From NCBI RefSeq assembly GCF_009914755.1, contig NC_060935.1: a stretch of DNA of 64,000 nucleotides. The stretch is one strand, 5' to 3'. Position numbers and translations under genes: made by a program. The notes under the pieces are model-generated. The model saw only the letters and a program-made list of their open reading frames with translations, was not told the origin of the DNA and did no database searches. This document shows, one piece after another, positions 1-12,902 of the stretch. The DNA is from the human T2T-CHM13v2.0 reference genome, Homo sapiens. Position 1 is the stretch's first letter. The number at the start of each line of letters is the position of its first letter.

Positions 1-49
1 TCTTTAATGACCTAAACCACTCACACAACTGTGAGTACTCATTTGTCAG

Positions 50-275
50 CAATTTCCAAATCTCTATTTCCAGGCAGGTCCTGGCTCCACACCCAAATAT
101 TCAATTGCCCTCCAGTTCAACTGGCCAAAACCAAATGCATCTGTTTCTCCCAAGCCTGCTCCTCCTTTTGTGCTCTCTCTCTCTCTGTCCACCCAGTCTC
201 CCTGCCCAGAAGCTTGCACATCATTTTTAAACACTCTTTTGCTTTCCATTTCCAAAGATTCACAAAAATCAGATG
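50..275 (+). mobile_element. Old L2 LINE fragment
   Basis: Degenerate match to recalled L2 3' region motifs (ccaaatctctatttccag...caaaaccaaa...cctgctcctcct). Boundaries approximate. Confidence 0.5.
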
Positions 276-280
276 GAGTC

Positions 281-700
281 TGCCTTTGTCCAATTTGTGT
301 TGTTATAAAGGAACATATGAGGCTGGATAATTTGTAAAGAAAAAAGGTTTATTTGGTTCATGATTCTGGATGGCTGGAAAGCTCAGCATTCATCATCTGC
401 ATCTGGTGAGGGCCTCAGGCTGTTTACACTCATGGGTGAAGGTGAAGGGGAGCTGGTGTGTACAGAGATCATATGGAGAGAGGGGAAGCTCTCAAGAGGG
501 AGTGGGGAGGTGCCAAGCTCTTCTTAACCAGCTCTCATGAGAACCAATAGACTGAGAACTCACCCCTAAGGGAGGGCATTCATCTATTCATGAGGGGTCC
601 ACCCTCATGACCCAAACGCCCCCTATTAGGCTCCACCTTCAACACTGGGGATCAAATTTCAACATAAGTTTTGGAGATGACAAATATCCAAACCATGGTA
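281..700 (-). mobile_element. MaLR solo LTR (MSTB/MSTC-like)
   Basis: Typical MST motifs (gttataaaggaa...gaggctggataatttgtaaagaaaa; ggggatcaaatttcaacat...aaatatccaaacc). Near-TSD gagtc (276-280) / gaatc (701-705). Confidence 0.8.
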
Positions 701-789
701 GAATCTATGCCCCTTTAGGCTCTCTAGAAACTGTGCCTTCCTTTCTAGGAAGGAGAACACAGTAGAAAGACCTGGGTTGGACAGGTATA

Positions 790-1010
790 GGCTTTAGGGT
801 TGGACAGACCTGGTTTGAAATCCTGCCTCTATCACTTACCGGCTGTATGACTGTGTATTAAGGGCAACTCTCTTAATACATTCAAATCTTAATTTCCTTA
901 TCTACAAAATGGGGATAATAATCTACTTTGAAGAGTTATTGTGAGAATTAGAAACAATGATGTTCATACTTAGGACTGTGCCTGTCCCTACTAACACTTA
1001 ATGATAGTAT
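790..1010 (+). mobile_element. MIR SINE
   Basis: MIR core: gacctggtttgaaatcctgcctctatcacttac...tttccttatctacaaaatggggataata. Confidence 0.75.
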
Positions 1011-1139
1011 TCATTATAATAATGATGATGATGATTTCTGGCTCCACTGTTATTGCTTTATCTAGGATATGGTCTTTTCTCTCCTGAACCATCACATGAG
1101 TTTCCTCACTGGACTCTCTGTCTTCACTCTCTGTTGACT

Positions 1140-1555
1140 GCCAAATCTGCTTTTCACATAGTAGTCAGAAAAATTTTTCTAAAGTACAAATCTGATCATG
1201 ACATTCACCTGCTTAAAACTCTTTTCTCCCCCCATTCCATCTACCCTATGCCCCAGCCATAGTTGCAGGTCTCTGAGCACACATTGGTCACACACTCCCT
1301 TCTGCCATGCTTTATTCAAGGAGTTCCCTTTGCCTAAACCTGAATGTATTCTCTCCCTCCCCTCCCTCACGTCCTACCTGACGAATCCTCATCCATCACA
1401 CCCAGTGCCAATGAATGCCACCCCTCCTTGGGATGTCTGTTTACTTTGAGTCAACTGCTAGCTCCTTGAGGGCAGGGATCAGGTTTGATTCTTCTTTGTG
1501 GCCCCCTGCCTTCCTGCACAGGGCTTGACATAAAGAAGCCCTCATCAAATATTTT
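1140..1555 (+). mobile_element. L2 3' fragments
   Basis: aaatctgatcatgacattcacctgcttaaaac and the L2 terminal motif ctccttgagggcagggatc...atcaaatattt. Confidence 0.6.
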
Positions 1556-2604
1556 CAGACACTTGCTCAAGGTTGCACATGGGGTCAGAGGCAGGGTTGA
1601 GGCTTGAACCCAGGTCTCTCATCTTCCTGCTTAGGATTCTCCTCTACACATGCCATTTTGCCCCAGTGGAGAACAGGAGTGCAGGGTTAGTGGGTTGGGG
1701 GTGGGGGACCTCCCCATGTGAGGGCAGCAGGCAACCTGAGGACATCCCACACTGCATTTCAGTGCTGCATCTGCTACACTGGGGAAGGATAAAATTATCC
1801 ACTGCCCACGTCATGTATCTCCCCATCCGACGGGGACTAGAGATAAAAAATGAATGACACAAAATCCAATCTTGCCTGGTGCAGAAGCTGGTGGGGGTGG
1901 GGGTGGAGCTGGTGGCCCAAGCAGCCACTCATTGCACAGCACATCTCATATTTATTGACTCATAATTGAAGGCAGCCTGGAGATGTCCCAGCATTGGCCC
2001 CTGACAAGACAGATGAGGGCAAAATGACTGTGGAGGCAGAGAGTCAGGATACAGACTTCCTCACAGGACTGCAGCCACAGAAGGGAGGCAATGGTGGGGA
2101 GTGGGGACAGCTAACTGGCTGTTGCACTGGCCCCGGGGTCTGACTCGGGTTCTAGGTCCTGCTCTGCTACCCACTTGTGATTACCTTGAACCAGACCCTC
2201 CCCTCTCTAGGCCAGTAATTTTAGCCTTCTTGATTTCATTACCAGGGTTTAGGAAAATCATTCTGGGAGTTGGGAAAATCTGGGCTGCTAACTTGCTCTG
2301 TGGCTTTAGGTGAGTTTCTTTACTCTAAGGGCTTTGTGCTTTCTCTTTGTAAAGAGGAAAGGATGCCTCCCTCTTCTATATAAAGATTGAGGGGGTTGGG
2401 TTGGCCTAGGAGCAGCCAGTTTGTGCATTTTAGCAACTGGAAAGCTTCTGGTTGGGGGAAGACAAAGAAACAAGAAATGCTGCCAAATATTAAGAACCTG
2501 CAATGACTCCTAATTGCTCACAGAAATGGTCCAAATTCCTAGGCTTGGCATTCAAGGCTGTGAAACCTGCATAGTCCTACCTCTAGTATTTGTGTCATTA
2601 TGGG

Positions 2605-2750
2605 GAAAGTGTCTGGGGCTGGCAGCCAGGAAGCCTGGGTTCTGGACCAGTCTTACCACTATCTAGCTCTGTGATCTCTGGCAAGTTCTTGATCATCTCC
2701 AGGTCTCAGTTTCCCCATCTGTAAAATTTACATAGGTGATCTATGAAGTA
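2605..2750 (+). mobile_element. MIR SINE
   Basis: cctgggttctgg...ctagctctgtgatctctggcaag...ctcagtttccccatctgtaaaat. Confidence 0.7.
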
Positions 2751-3429
2751 ATTAGGGTCCCCAAGCCCAGAGCAAGTCAGTTGCCAAGTTCTATCCTCTC
2801 TCCCTCTCAGTATTCCCTAAATCCATTCCTCCCTCACCCCCATTCCATTCTAATTATGACCACTGTCTCACCTCAGTACTCCTTTCTCTCTTCCTGACCA
2901 GTGCAGTAGCCTCTTGTCTCCCAGCCTCCATCTACCCCCTCCATACTCCAGTCAGAGTGACTCAGAAAGCATGTGACTGACCATGACCCTCGCCTGCGTC
3001 AAGCCCTTCCTGTGCTCTCCACACAGCTCTCAGCCGAGCTCCTGAGTGTCACATGGAAGATCCTGCATGATCTGGCCCTATCTTATCTCTTTTCCCACTC
3101 CTCCTGTGCCCCGACTATCTGTACCATTCAGGCTGGCCTCTTCACTGCCCTCTCTCCAGCTCAGACTCCAGGATGAGGCTTCCCCAAGCTGGCCAGGAGG
3201 AGGCCCTGTGGCCCTGAACACAGTAGTAGGTGGGGTCAGTGTCATGCCTAGACTCCTGTTCTGCCTTTCCAGAAGCTTCTGGAGTTCCAAGCCCCATAGG
3301 GGTCCTGCTCCATGGAGTCCCCAGAGCATCAGGTGTGAATGATGCTGCCTGTTCTCCCTCCTGCTGCTGACAACCAGAGAATGTCTGAGCCAAAAGGGCC
3401 CCAGAGGTGACCTTGACCTCCTAAAACCC

Positions 3430-3530
3430 CACATTGTATAGATGGAGAAACTGAGGCCCAGGGAGGAGCAGTGGTCACACAGCAAGTCAGTGTTCATCAG
3501 GGCTGGAGCTCTGCCTTGTGCCTGCTCCAT
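3430..3530 (-). mobile_element. MIR fragment
   Basis: atagatggagaaactgaggcccaggga...ggtcacacagcaagtcagt. Confidence 0.6.
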
Positions 3531-4671
3531 GGGGTTGGGGACACAGGGCTGGACTAGGGTAGCCATAAAGAGAACACTCCACGCACTGGGGCAGGAGGGG
3601 CCATCAGCCCTCCCTTCAGTGGTGGAGGTGAGATACTCAGCAGGAGACTCAGGGCAGGGAAAGAGGCTTCTGCCAGTCTCATTCCCATCCTCACCGCGCC
3701 CCCTGCTGGTTCTGTCCTATTAGGGCTTCCAGGTCTCTGTACTTTACCTCCTCGCCACATGTCCAGCCTTCCTGAGGTGGGATGGGGAAAGGGAGGAATC
3801 AAGGTAGCCAGGGCAAGCATTTGTGAGCATTTACAGTCAGAGCTGTGAGGACCTCTACAACATCCTGCCAAGTGCCTATCTAGTATGTTTCATGCACGCC
3901 AGTGACAGGGACTCGCTTTCTCCTAGAACGGCACCACCCTTTGGGAGACATTTGGCCCAGGCAAAAGAGACTTCTCAGGAGAAGCTGGGGTTATCTGCAG
4001 GGTGTGCTTCTGGGCCCAGCATCAGGAGATGCAGAAAATGATAGAGAGACGGCCCACCTCTAGGATGGCTTTTCTCCAGGCCTAATAAATTATCAGACGT
4101 TGTGGTTTCTGGCCCCTTCCCAGGGCACAAGGTCCCTTATCAGAGCTTTTAGTCCACTGAATCCAGTCCTCAGAGAGTGCAGAAGGGGAGACTGAGGCCC
4201 AGGGTAGGGGTAGGATTTGCCTAGTTCCCCCAGCATATTAGGGCTGGGCCTGAGACCAGAATCCAAGGCCCCAGCTCCTAGCTGGGAGCCCTCCCAGCAT
4301 AATATGTTCCCACTCTACGGCACGGAGTGTGGGGTGTGGGGGACTTGCACAGAGACAGAGAGGAGTAACTGCTGAGAAGGGCTTGTGATAGATGAATAGA
4401 AGCCTTCCCTGCAGGAGCTCAGAGTCCAGGGAGAGGGCCACAGGCAAAGGAAGGCTTCCTTGTCCCTCCCTATAGGATAGTGCATGCTCCATCTGGGAGG
4501 CAGCAACAATTGTGCACAAAGGCCACCATTTAGCCCTTGCTCACCCAGGAATCCCTCTCTGTGTGCATGTGTGTGTGTCTGTCTGTCTATGGACTGCCTC
4601 TGCCCTCAATGGACACCATTTCTAATTCATTCACCAGGAAAGTGGGCTTTTTTGCTATCCATCTGCCATGA

Positions 4672-4983
<312 letters not shown>

Positions 4984-5059
4984 TAAATCCTCTCTTCGGC
5001 TGTGGTATAGGATAGTGGTGGCTTGGGCCATGTGAACACCTGCAGATTAGTAGTTTGAA

Positions 5060-5400
5060 GCCAGGAGAGCCAGGGCGTTGAATGCCAGACCAAGGAGCTT
5101 AGACTTTGTCCCACAAAAAATGAGGATGCAATGAAGGTTTTCAAGTACAGAATGTCATGGTCACATGTGTTCTAGGAAGATCTCTGGTGTGTAAAAAAGA
5201 AGGTGGGTTGGAGGGAGCCACAAAAGACAGGTGGTCAGGAAGGATGCTGGGGCCATGATGCCAGAGAAGGATAATGAGGTTCAGTGTGGGAAGAGGTCAG
5301 GAGGATGGACTTGAGAGATATTCTGACAGTTGAGTCCAGCCCAAGGTGAATAGCAGATGGGGTGAGAGAAGAGGAGTTAAGGTATGGCCTACGTTTGACC
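5060..5400 (-). mobile_element. L2 fragment
   Basis: gaatgccagaccaaggagcttagactttgtcc...aatgaaggttttcaag resembles antisense L2. Confidence 0.5.
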
Positions 5401-6613
5401 TGAGGGATTAGGGTGGTGGCTAGGAGAGTGCTAGAAAGCAGGCTTTCCTATAGGGGAGTGCTCTGGGCCCAACCTTGAGGCCACCCCATTCACCTCTTTA
5501 CCTATTCATCACTCATCCACCTTCCCACCTACCCACCTACCTACCATCCATCCATATCCCACCAAAGCCTTCCCCTTTGCCAGGCTTCCATGTGCCAAGG
5601 ACTCAGAAAATAACCAGTGCCGATCTCTGCTCCTGTGGGCCCAGAGAGACAGATTGGCTCTCCTTCACCCTAGTAGTACGTCTGGTTGCTGGCCTCTGCC
5701 CGTGGAGAAGGTGATGTAGATAACTTGCTGGCATTTCTTCCCAGAAAGTTATTGCTCATTCAGGCTTGGGGCTGGGGAGAGAGTCTCCATCCTGATGAGA
5801 TCAGTATTAGACTTGCAAGTGTTAGCCATTAACAGCTTCATGGCATTGTATAGGCACCAGTTCACTAGGAAGAGGCTCAACTCCCTTCCCCATCTTGGGC
5901 CTGCCCTTGCTGAAGTTCCCAACCTGATTTCCATCTCTGATGAGGACTTGCCCTGCCAGGTTCAGCCACCCACCCATTCAGAAACATGAGGTCCTCTGCT
6001 GGGTATCAGGAACACTTGGTCTTTGACCTCTCATATCTCACAGACCAGGAGATGGGAGATAGAGACCCTTAAGCAGGGAGCAGACGAGGCTAAGTCACTG
6101 CAGTGGTGTGGGTAGAGAGGAAGGCAAGGATGCTGTAGAGGTAGAACTGGCAGGAATTCGTGGCCAACTGCAAATAAAGGACATGAGGTATTCAGGCTCC
6201 TGGGTACCCACAGGTGAGGGTGGCCAGTTAGGAGCTTTGGATACATCTGACCTCATGGGTTGTTTCTAAGGCCCAGGCCCACAGGACCTTTTAAGAGGAT
6301 GACTTCTTGGTCAGAAAGACTGGCTTCTGCATGGGGAAGGGTCTATGTGAGTCTCCATAGGTCCCTCTCCACCTCCCAGCCAACCATCAGAACCATGGAC
6401 TCAGGTATGAAATCACTGCTTCAAGTGAAAGGCTATTTCATGCCTCAGTAGTAAAGAGCAGGCACAATTGAATGGCCACATTAAGTCGCACCATTAGGGA
6501 GCTTTTCCAAGTATGAGGTTATTAGTTTCTTAGATGCAATTTCATAGGAGGAATTTGGCCAAAACGGGAACTTGTTCATCTAAGCTAAAGCAGCCTATTT
6601 AAAAAGCAAAATT

Positions 6614-6917
<304 letters not shown>

Positions 6918-8522
6918 GCAAAAATGAGTGTTACCCACATAGCGTGTCCATCAGTGACATCATAAACCCTGTGCTTATTCCATGAATAATTATCAAGCAC
7001 TGTGGCAAGTCTCAGTGCCAGGCTTGGGAATCCAAAGGCCCTGCTTACATTTTCGTTTCATTTTTTTGCTCGTTTAGTTTTCATAGTTTCATTTTCACAT
7101 TTAATTATTTAACTCATGTTGGGTTTGTTCTGATGTATGGTATGAGGTGAAGCTCTAAATTTTCCCCCAATTGGTCTGGGTATATATGAGTTGTAATCTA
7201 GGTCAGAATTTCCCAGAATGATTCCATAGAAAACTGATCCTATAAGATGCTCAGGAATAAAAAAGATTTTATAGTCAAAAAAAGTCTAGGAACTGTTGCA
7301 TACCCATCACCTTCTTAGAGATTCACAATATATATTAACAAGCAGTAAGGAAACTTTCATGTCTTGGTTCATAATTTTATTTGAGTACAGACCCCATTTA
7401 AAAATAACAGCTATGAGCACAGCACAGAACTCTCCACCTTGGAGTAAAGATGGCCCTACAGCAGAACTGACATTGAGGCCTCTGCCTCAGATCTGGCTTC
7501 CGCACTCTTATGGGTCTGCGATCTGGCCAGGAAGTGTAATACACACACTGCCAGTTCTGTTCCAGAGCCTGCAGTGCTAAGAACTTTGCCAGGAGCCACA
7601 AACCATGGATGCCCTCAGGGAGGGTGAGGCAGCTTGTCTGGCATTTGGCCAAGACTTCAAAGAGGAACAGTTGCCCTGGGCCTTGAAAGATGAGCAGGGT
7701 AGGTGAGGTGGCCCCTGTGAGGGCAGAACCCTCTCCAGCAGGGACACTCTGTCACGGCAGTGACCCAGACCATGCCCCCAGAACTGCAGGACATAAAGAG
7801 CTGCATGAACAGAGATGCCTGTGAGGAGCTAGGTGAGAGCAGAAATGCCTGTAACATGGGGCAAAGGTGGCTGTGGGTATGCTGCTGGAACTCTCCTGCA
7901 GGTGTAAGGGAAGGGCACTCAGCATTCACTTTCAAGTGCTGGGCCCCTGGTAAGGCAGGGCCTCCTGGGGCCTCATTACAACACCCAGCACAGACCATAC
8001 ATGTGGCCCTCTCCTGAGGCCTCTCTTTCCTTGGGGAGTCTACAAAGTTTTTTTCTTGTCTGAAACAAATAACTGGGGAGTTGGGGTGGGGTGAGAGGAG
8101 AATGTGTGGACCCAGATTCCTAGGGATTAATTAGGGCCCTTCAATGAAATGTTTCTCTTTTGGAGGCCAATTAAGACAACTGGAAGCTTGGGAGGTGGGA
8201 AGGGGGGAGGTAAATATGTGTGTTGTGCTTGAGACAGGCCCATTTTCCTCTGCTGGGCTGGGCCCCTCGGGGATGGGCAGACCTTGGGGGCACCCTGTCC
8301 ATTTGCAGCAAAAATACTAGTGCAAAGATAATCACAGATTGTTTTTATCATCTAAGAGGAGGATTTTAGTGGTGCAGGACTTTAGTGGTGCATTATGAAG
8401 TGTGTTATCTCAGAAATTACCCTCGCCTCTGTAGTAACTGCATTATACTGAGCACTCACTAGGGGCCAGGCCTTAGGCTGGGCCTTTACAGTCATGATTT
8501 CATTTTTAAAAACAGCTTTACT

Positions 8523-8816
8523 GGCCGGGCGCAGTGGCTCACGCCTGTAATCCCAGCATTTTGGGAGGCCGAGGTGGGCGGATCATGAGGTCAAGAGACT
8601 GAGACCATCCTGGCTAACACCGTGAAACCCCATCTCTACCAGAAATACAAAAAATTAGCCGGGTGTGGTGGCGGGTGCCTGTAGTCCCAGCTCCTCAAGG
8701 CTGAGGCAGGAGAATGGCGTGAACCCAGGAGGCGGAGCTTGCAGTGAGCTGAGATCACACTACTGCACTCCAGCCTGGGCGACAGAGCATTACTCCATCT
8801 CAAAAAAAAAAAAAAA
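8523..8816 (+). mobile_element. AluY
   Basis: accatcctggctaacac and gagaatggcgtgaaccc motifs, poly(A), and flanking repeat aaa(c)agcttta. Confidence 0.92.
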
Positions 8817-8998
8817 GCTTTAATGAAATATAATTCGCATATCATACAATTCATTCATTGAAAGTGTACAGTTCTATGGTTTTTAGTATATTCACAAAAT
8901 TGCACAACTATTGCCAAAATCACTTTTAGAATGTTTTCATCACCTGTTAGCAGTGACTTTCCTTACCCCCTCCCCAATTCCTCCAAGCCCCAGGAAAC

Positions 8999-9303
8999 TG
9001 TGGGTGACAAGCCACCCAGGTGCCAAGGCAAGAGACTGAGGACACAAGCTGTTCCAGTATAATAAAATATAAAATAAGAATAGTTATACCAGATATAGAT
9101 CCTAGGTTATGATTATAGAGTGAGGATTATTATAATATTGGAATAAAGAGTAATTGCTACCAACTAATGATTAATGATATTCATATATAATCATATCTAA
9201 GATCTATATCTGGTATAACTATTCTTATTTTATATTTTATTATACTGGAACAGCTCGTGTCCTCAGTCTCTTGCCTCGGCACCTGGGTGGCTTGCCGCCC
9301 ACA
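8999..9303. mobile_element. Palindromic LTR13-derived element (two U3 ends head to head, 103-bp terminal inverted repeats)
   Basis: 8999-9101 is the reverse complement of 9201-9303 with 4 mismatches. Termini are TG...CA and the 6-bp TSD ggaaac lies at 8993-8998 and 9304-9309. The sequence matches the recalled 5' end of LTR13 (HERV-K HML-4-type): tgtgggcggcaagccacccaggtgccgaggcaagaga. Confidence 0.85.
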
Positions 9304-10410
9304 GGAAACCATTAATATATGTTCTGTCTCTATAGATTTGCCTATTCTGGATATTTCATATAAATGAAATAATATAATATGTGCTCTTTTGTGATTTGCT
9401 TATTTTACTTAGCATAATGTTTTCAAGGTTCATCCATGTTGTAGTAAATTCATCAATATGTCATTCCTTTTTAAAAAACGGCTTTATTGAGATATAGTTC
9501 ACACACACAATTCACCCATTTTAAGTGTAAAATTCAATGGGTTTTGATATATTAAATTATAACTTTTTAAAACTATAGTAAAATCAATATAATATTAGCC
9601 ATTGTAACCATTTTAAAATGTAGAATTCCATGGCATTAATTACATTCACAATGTTTTGCAATCATCACCACTATCTATTTCCAAAAACTTTTTCATCATT
9701 TTAAACAAAAGCTCTATAAACATCAAGCAGTAACTCTCTATCCTGTCTCCCCTTAGCCCCTGGTAATTTCTAATCTAGATGCTGCCTTATGAATTTTCCT
9801 CTTCTAGATACCTCACATAAGTGGTATCACACGATATTTGTTCTTTTATGTCTGGATTATTGCAGTAATCATCATGCCTTCAAGGTTCATCCATGTTGTA
9901 GCATACATCAAAATTTCATTTCTTTTTATGGCTGAATAGTATTCCATTGTATATATACTCCACATTTTGTTTATCCTTTCATCAATGGATGTACATTTGG
10001 GTTGTTTCCACCTTTTGGCTATTGTGAATAGTGCTGCTGTGAACATTCTTGTACACATTTTGTATTTTGGATATATACCCAGCAGTGGATTTGCTGAGTT
10101 ATATGGTAATCCCATGTTTAATTTATTTGAGGAAATGCCAAACTGTTTTTCTAAAATGGCCACATCTTTGACATTCCCCTCAGCAATGTATAAGGGTTTC
10201 AATTTTTCCACATCCTCGCTAACACTTGTTATTTTCCCTTTTCGATTATAGACATTCTAGTGAGTGTGAGGTGGTATCTCATTGTGGTTTTGGCTTGCAT
10301 TTTCCTAATGGCTAATGATGTAGAGCATCTTTTCATGTGCTAATTGTACATTTGTATATCTTCTTTGGATAAGTGTCTATTCAAGTCCTTTGCCCATTTA
10401 AAAATTGAAA

Positions 10411-10764
<354 letters not shown>

Positions 10765-11234
10765 TTAGAAATTCTTCATGTATTCCGGATACTAGTAACT
10801 TATTAGATATACAAATTGCAAATATTTTCTCCCATTTTATGGGTTGTCTTTTTACTTTCTTAATAGTGTCTTTTGGAGTATAACATTTTAAAATTTTGAT
10901 GACGTCCAATTTATTTATTCTTCTTTTGTTGCCTGTGCTTTTTGTGTCATGTCTAAGAAACCATTGCCAAATCCAAGGTTATGAAAATGTACCGCTATGT
11001 TTCCTTCTAAGGATTTTATGGTTTTAGCCCTTACACTAGGCCTTTGATCCATTTGGAGTTAATTTTTGTATACAGTGTAAGGTAAGGAGCCAAATTCATT
11101 CTTTTGCATGTGATTATTCAGTTGTCCCAACACCATATTTTGAAGAGACTATTCTTTCTTCATTGAATGGTCTTGGCATTCTTGCCAAAAACCAATTGAC
11201 CATAGATGCATGGGTTTATTTTTTGGAGTCTTAA

Positions 11235-11926
<692 letters not shown>

Positions 11927-11931
11927 TTTCT

Positions 11932-11949
11932 TGGTTTCCTGACCGGGAA
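11932..11949 (+). promoter_or_regulatory. Primer binding site, tRNA-Glu
   Basis: tggtttcctgaccgggaa is 17/18 identical to the complement of the tRNA-Glu 3' end (tggttccctgaccgggaa) and lies just after the 5' LTR. Confidence 0.9.
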
Positions 11950-12197
11950 GCGAGGTGATTGGCAGATGATTGAGGCAGCCCCTTAGGCGACTTAGGCCTG
12001 TCCTGTAGAGCATCCCTGTGGGGGACTCAGACCAGCCTGGGCAACGCAGATCCAAAGAGTGCTCCCAGGTAGGCAATTGCCCCAGTGGGATGCCTTGCCA
12101 GAGCAGCATGGGGCAGGCCCCTGCTGAGGATCAACTCAGTGGCTGAACACTGAGAAGGAACTGACATTTGGAGTCCAGACATCTGAAGTTTGGTAAG

Positions 12198-12415
12198 ACT
12201 GGTCTTTGGAACTTGCTCACTCCATTTGAGTGGAAGCATGGCCCGATCACCCATGGTGTGCCTGTACCGGCACTTTGGTTTTGGTTTTGACTTGGTTTGA
12301 ATTGCTTGACAGGATTGGTCTTGGGAACTTGCCGACTCTATTTGAGTGGAAGCGTGGCCTGATCACCCATGGTGTGCCTGTACCGGCACTTTGGTTTTTG
12401 TTTTTGACTTGACTT
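12198..12415 (+). repeat. Tandem duplication (about 116-bp period) in the proviral leader
   Basis: ggtctt(t/g)gaacttgc...tttgagtggaagc(a/g)tggcc(c/t)gatcacccatggtgtgcctgtaccggcactttggtttt occurs twice. Confidence 0.85.
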
Positions 12416-12590
12416 GGATTGCTTGATACTTTGGTTTTGGTTTTGACCTGGCTTGGATTTATCGATACTTTGATTTTGGTTTTGATTCTGGTTTGGTGTA
12501 AACTGTAAAAGTGTGTGTGTGCCCTTTTTACCCATTCTTTGTTTTGTGGTGTGCATGTGGTGTAAGTATGGTGTTTTGTCTTGAGGAAGC

Positions 12591-12902
12591 ATGGGTCAGG
12601 CACAAAGTAAGCCCACCCCACTAGGAACTATGTTGAAAATTTTCAAGAAAGGATTTAAGGGAGATTACAGTGTTACTCTGACACCAGGAAAACTTAGAAC
12701 TTTGTGTGAAATAGACTGGCCAGCATTAGAGGTGGGTTGGCCATCAGAAGGAAGCCTGGACAGGTCCCTTGTTTCAAAGGTATGGCACAAGGTAACCTGT
12801 AAGCCAGGGCACCCAGACCAGTTCCCATACATAGATACTTGGTTACAGCTTGTTTTAGACCCCCCTCAACCTCCCATAGTGGTTGAGAGAACAGCAGCGT
12901 AA
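12591..12902 (+). pseudogene. Truncated gag matrix (MA), gammaretrovirus-like
   Basis: MGQAQSKPTPLGTML...KLRTLCEIDWPALEVGWPSEGSLD...GHPDQFPYI: myristoylation Gly2 and MA motifs. Followed by a GA-rich tract (about 12930-13130). Confidence 0.88.

Noticed and set aside
8999-9303. Classical DNA-transposon MITE or pre-miRNA interpretation of the palindrome
   Set aside because: The sequence is LTR13-like with TG...CA ends and a 6-bp TSD, not the TA or 8-bp TSD of Tc1/mariner or hAT elements. A 103-bp stem with a 99-nt loop is unlike a pre-miRNA, and there is no expression evidence.
12198-12500. Repeat-spacer-like pattern in the proviral leader as a CRISPR-like array
   Set aside because: Only two long tandem units plus ttggtttt low complexity. 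There are no unique spacers or cas genes, and the context is eukaryotic.
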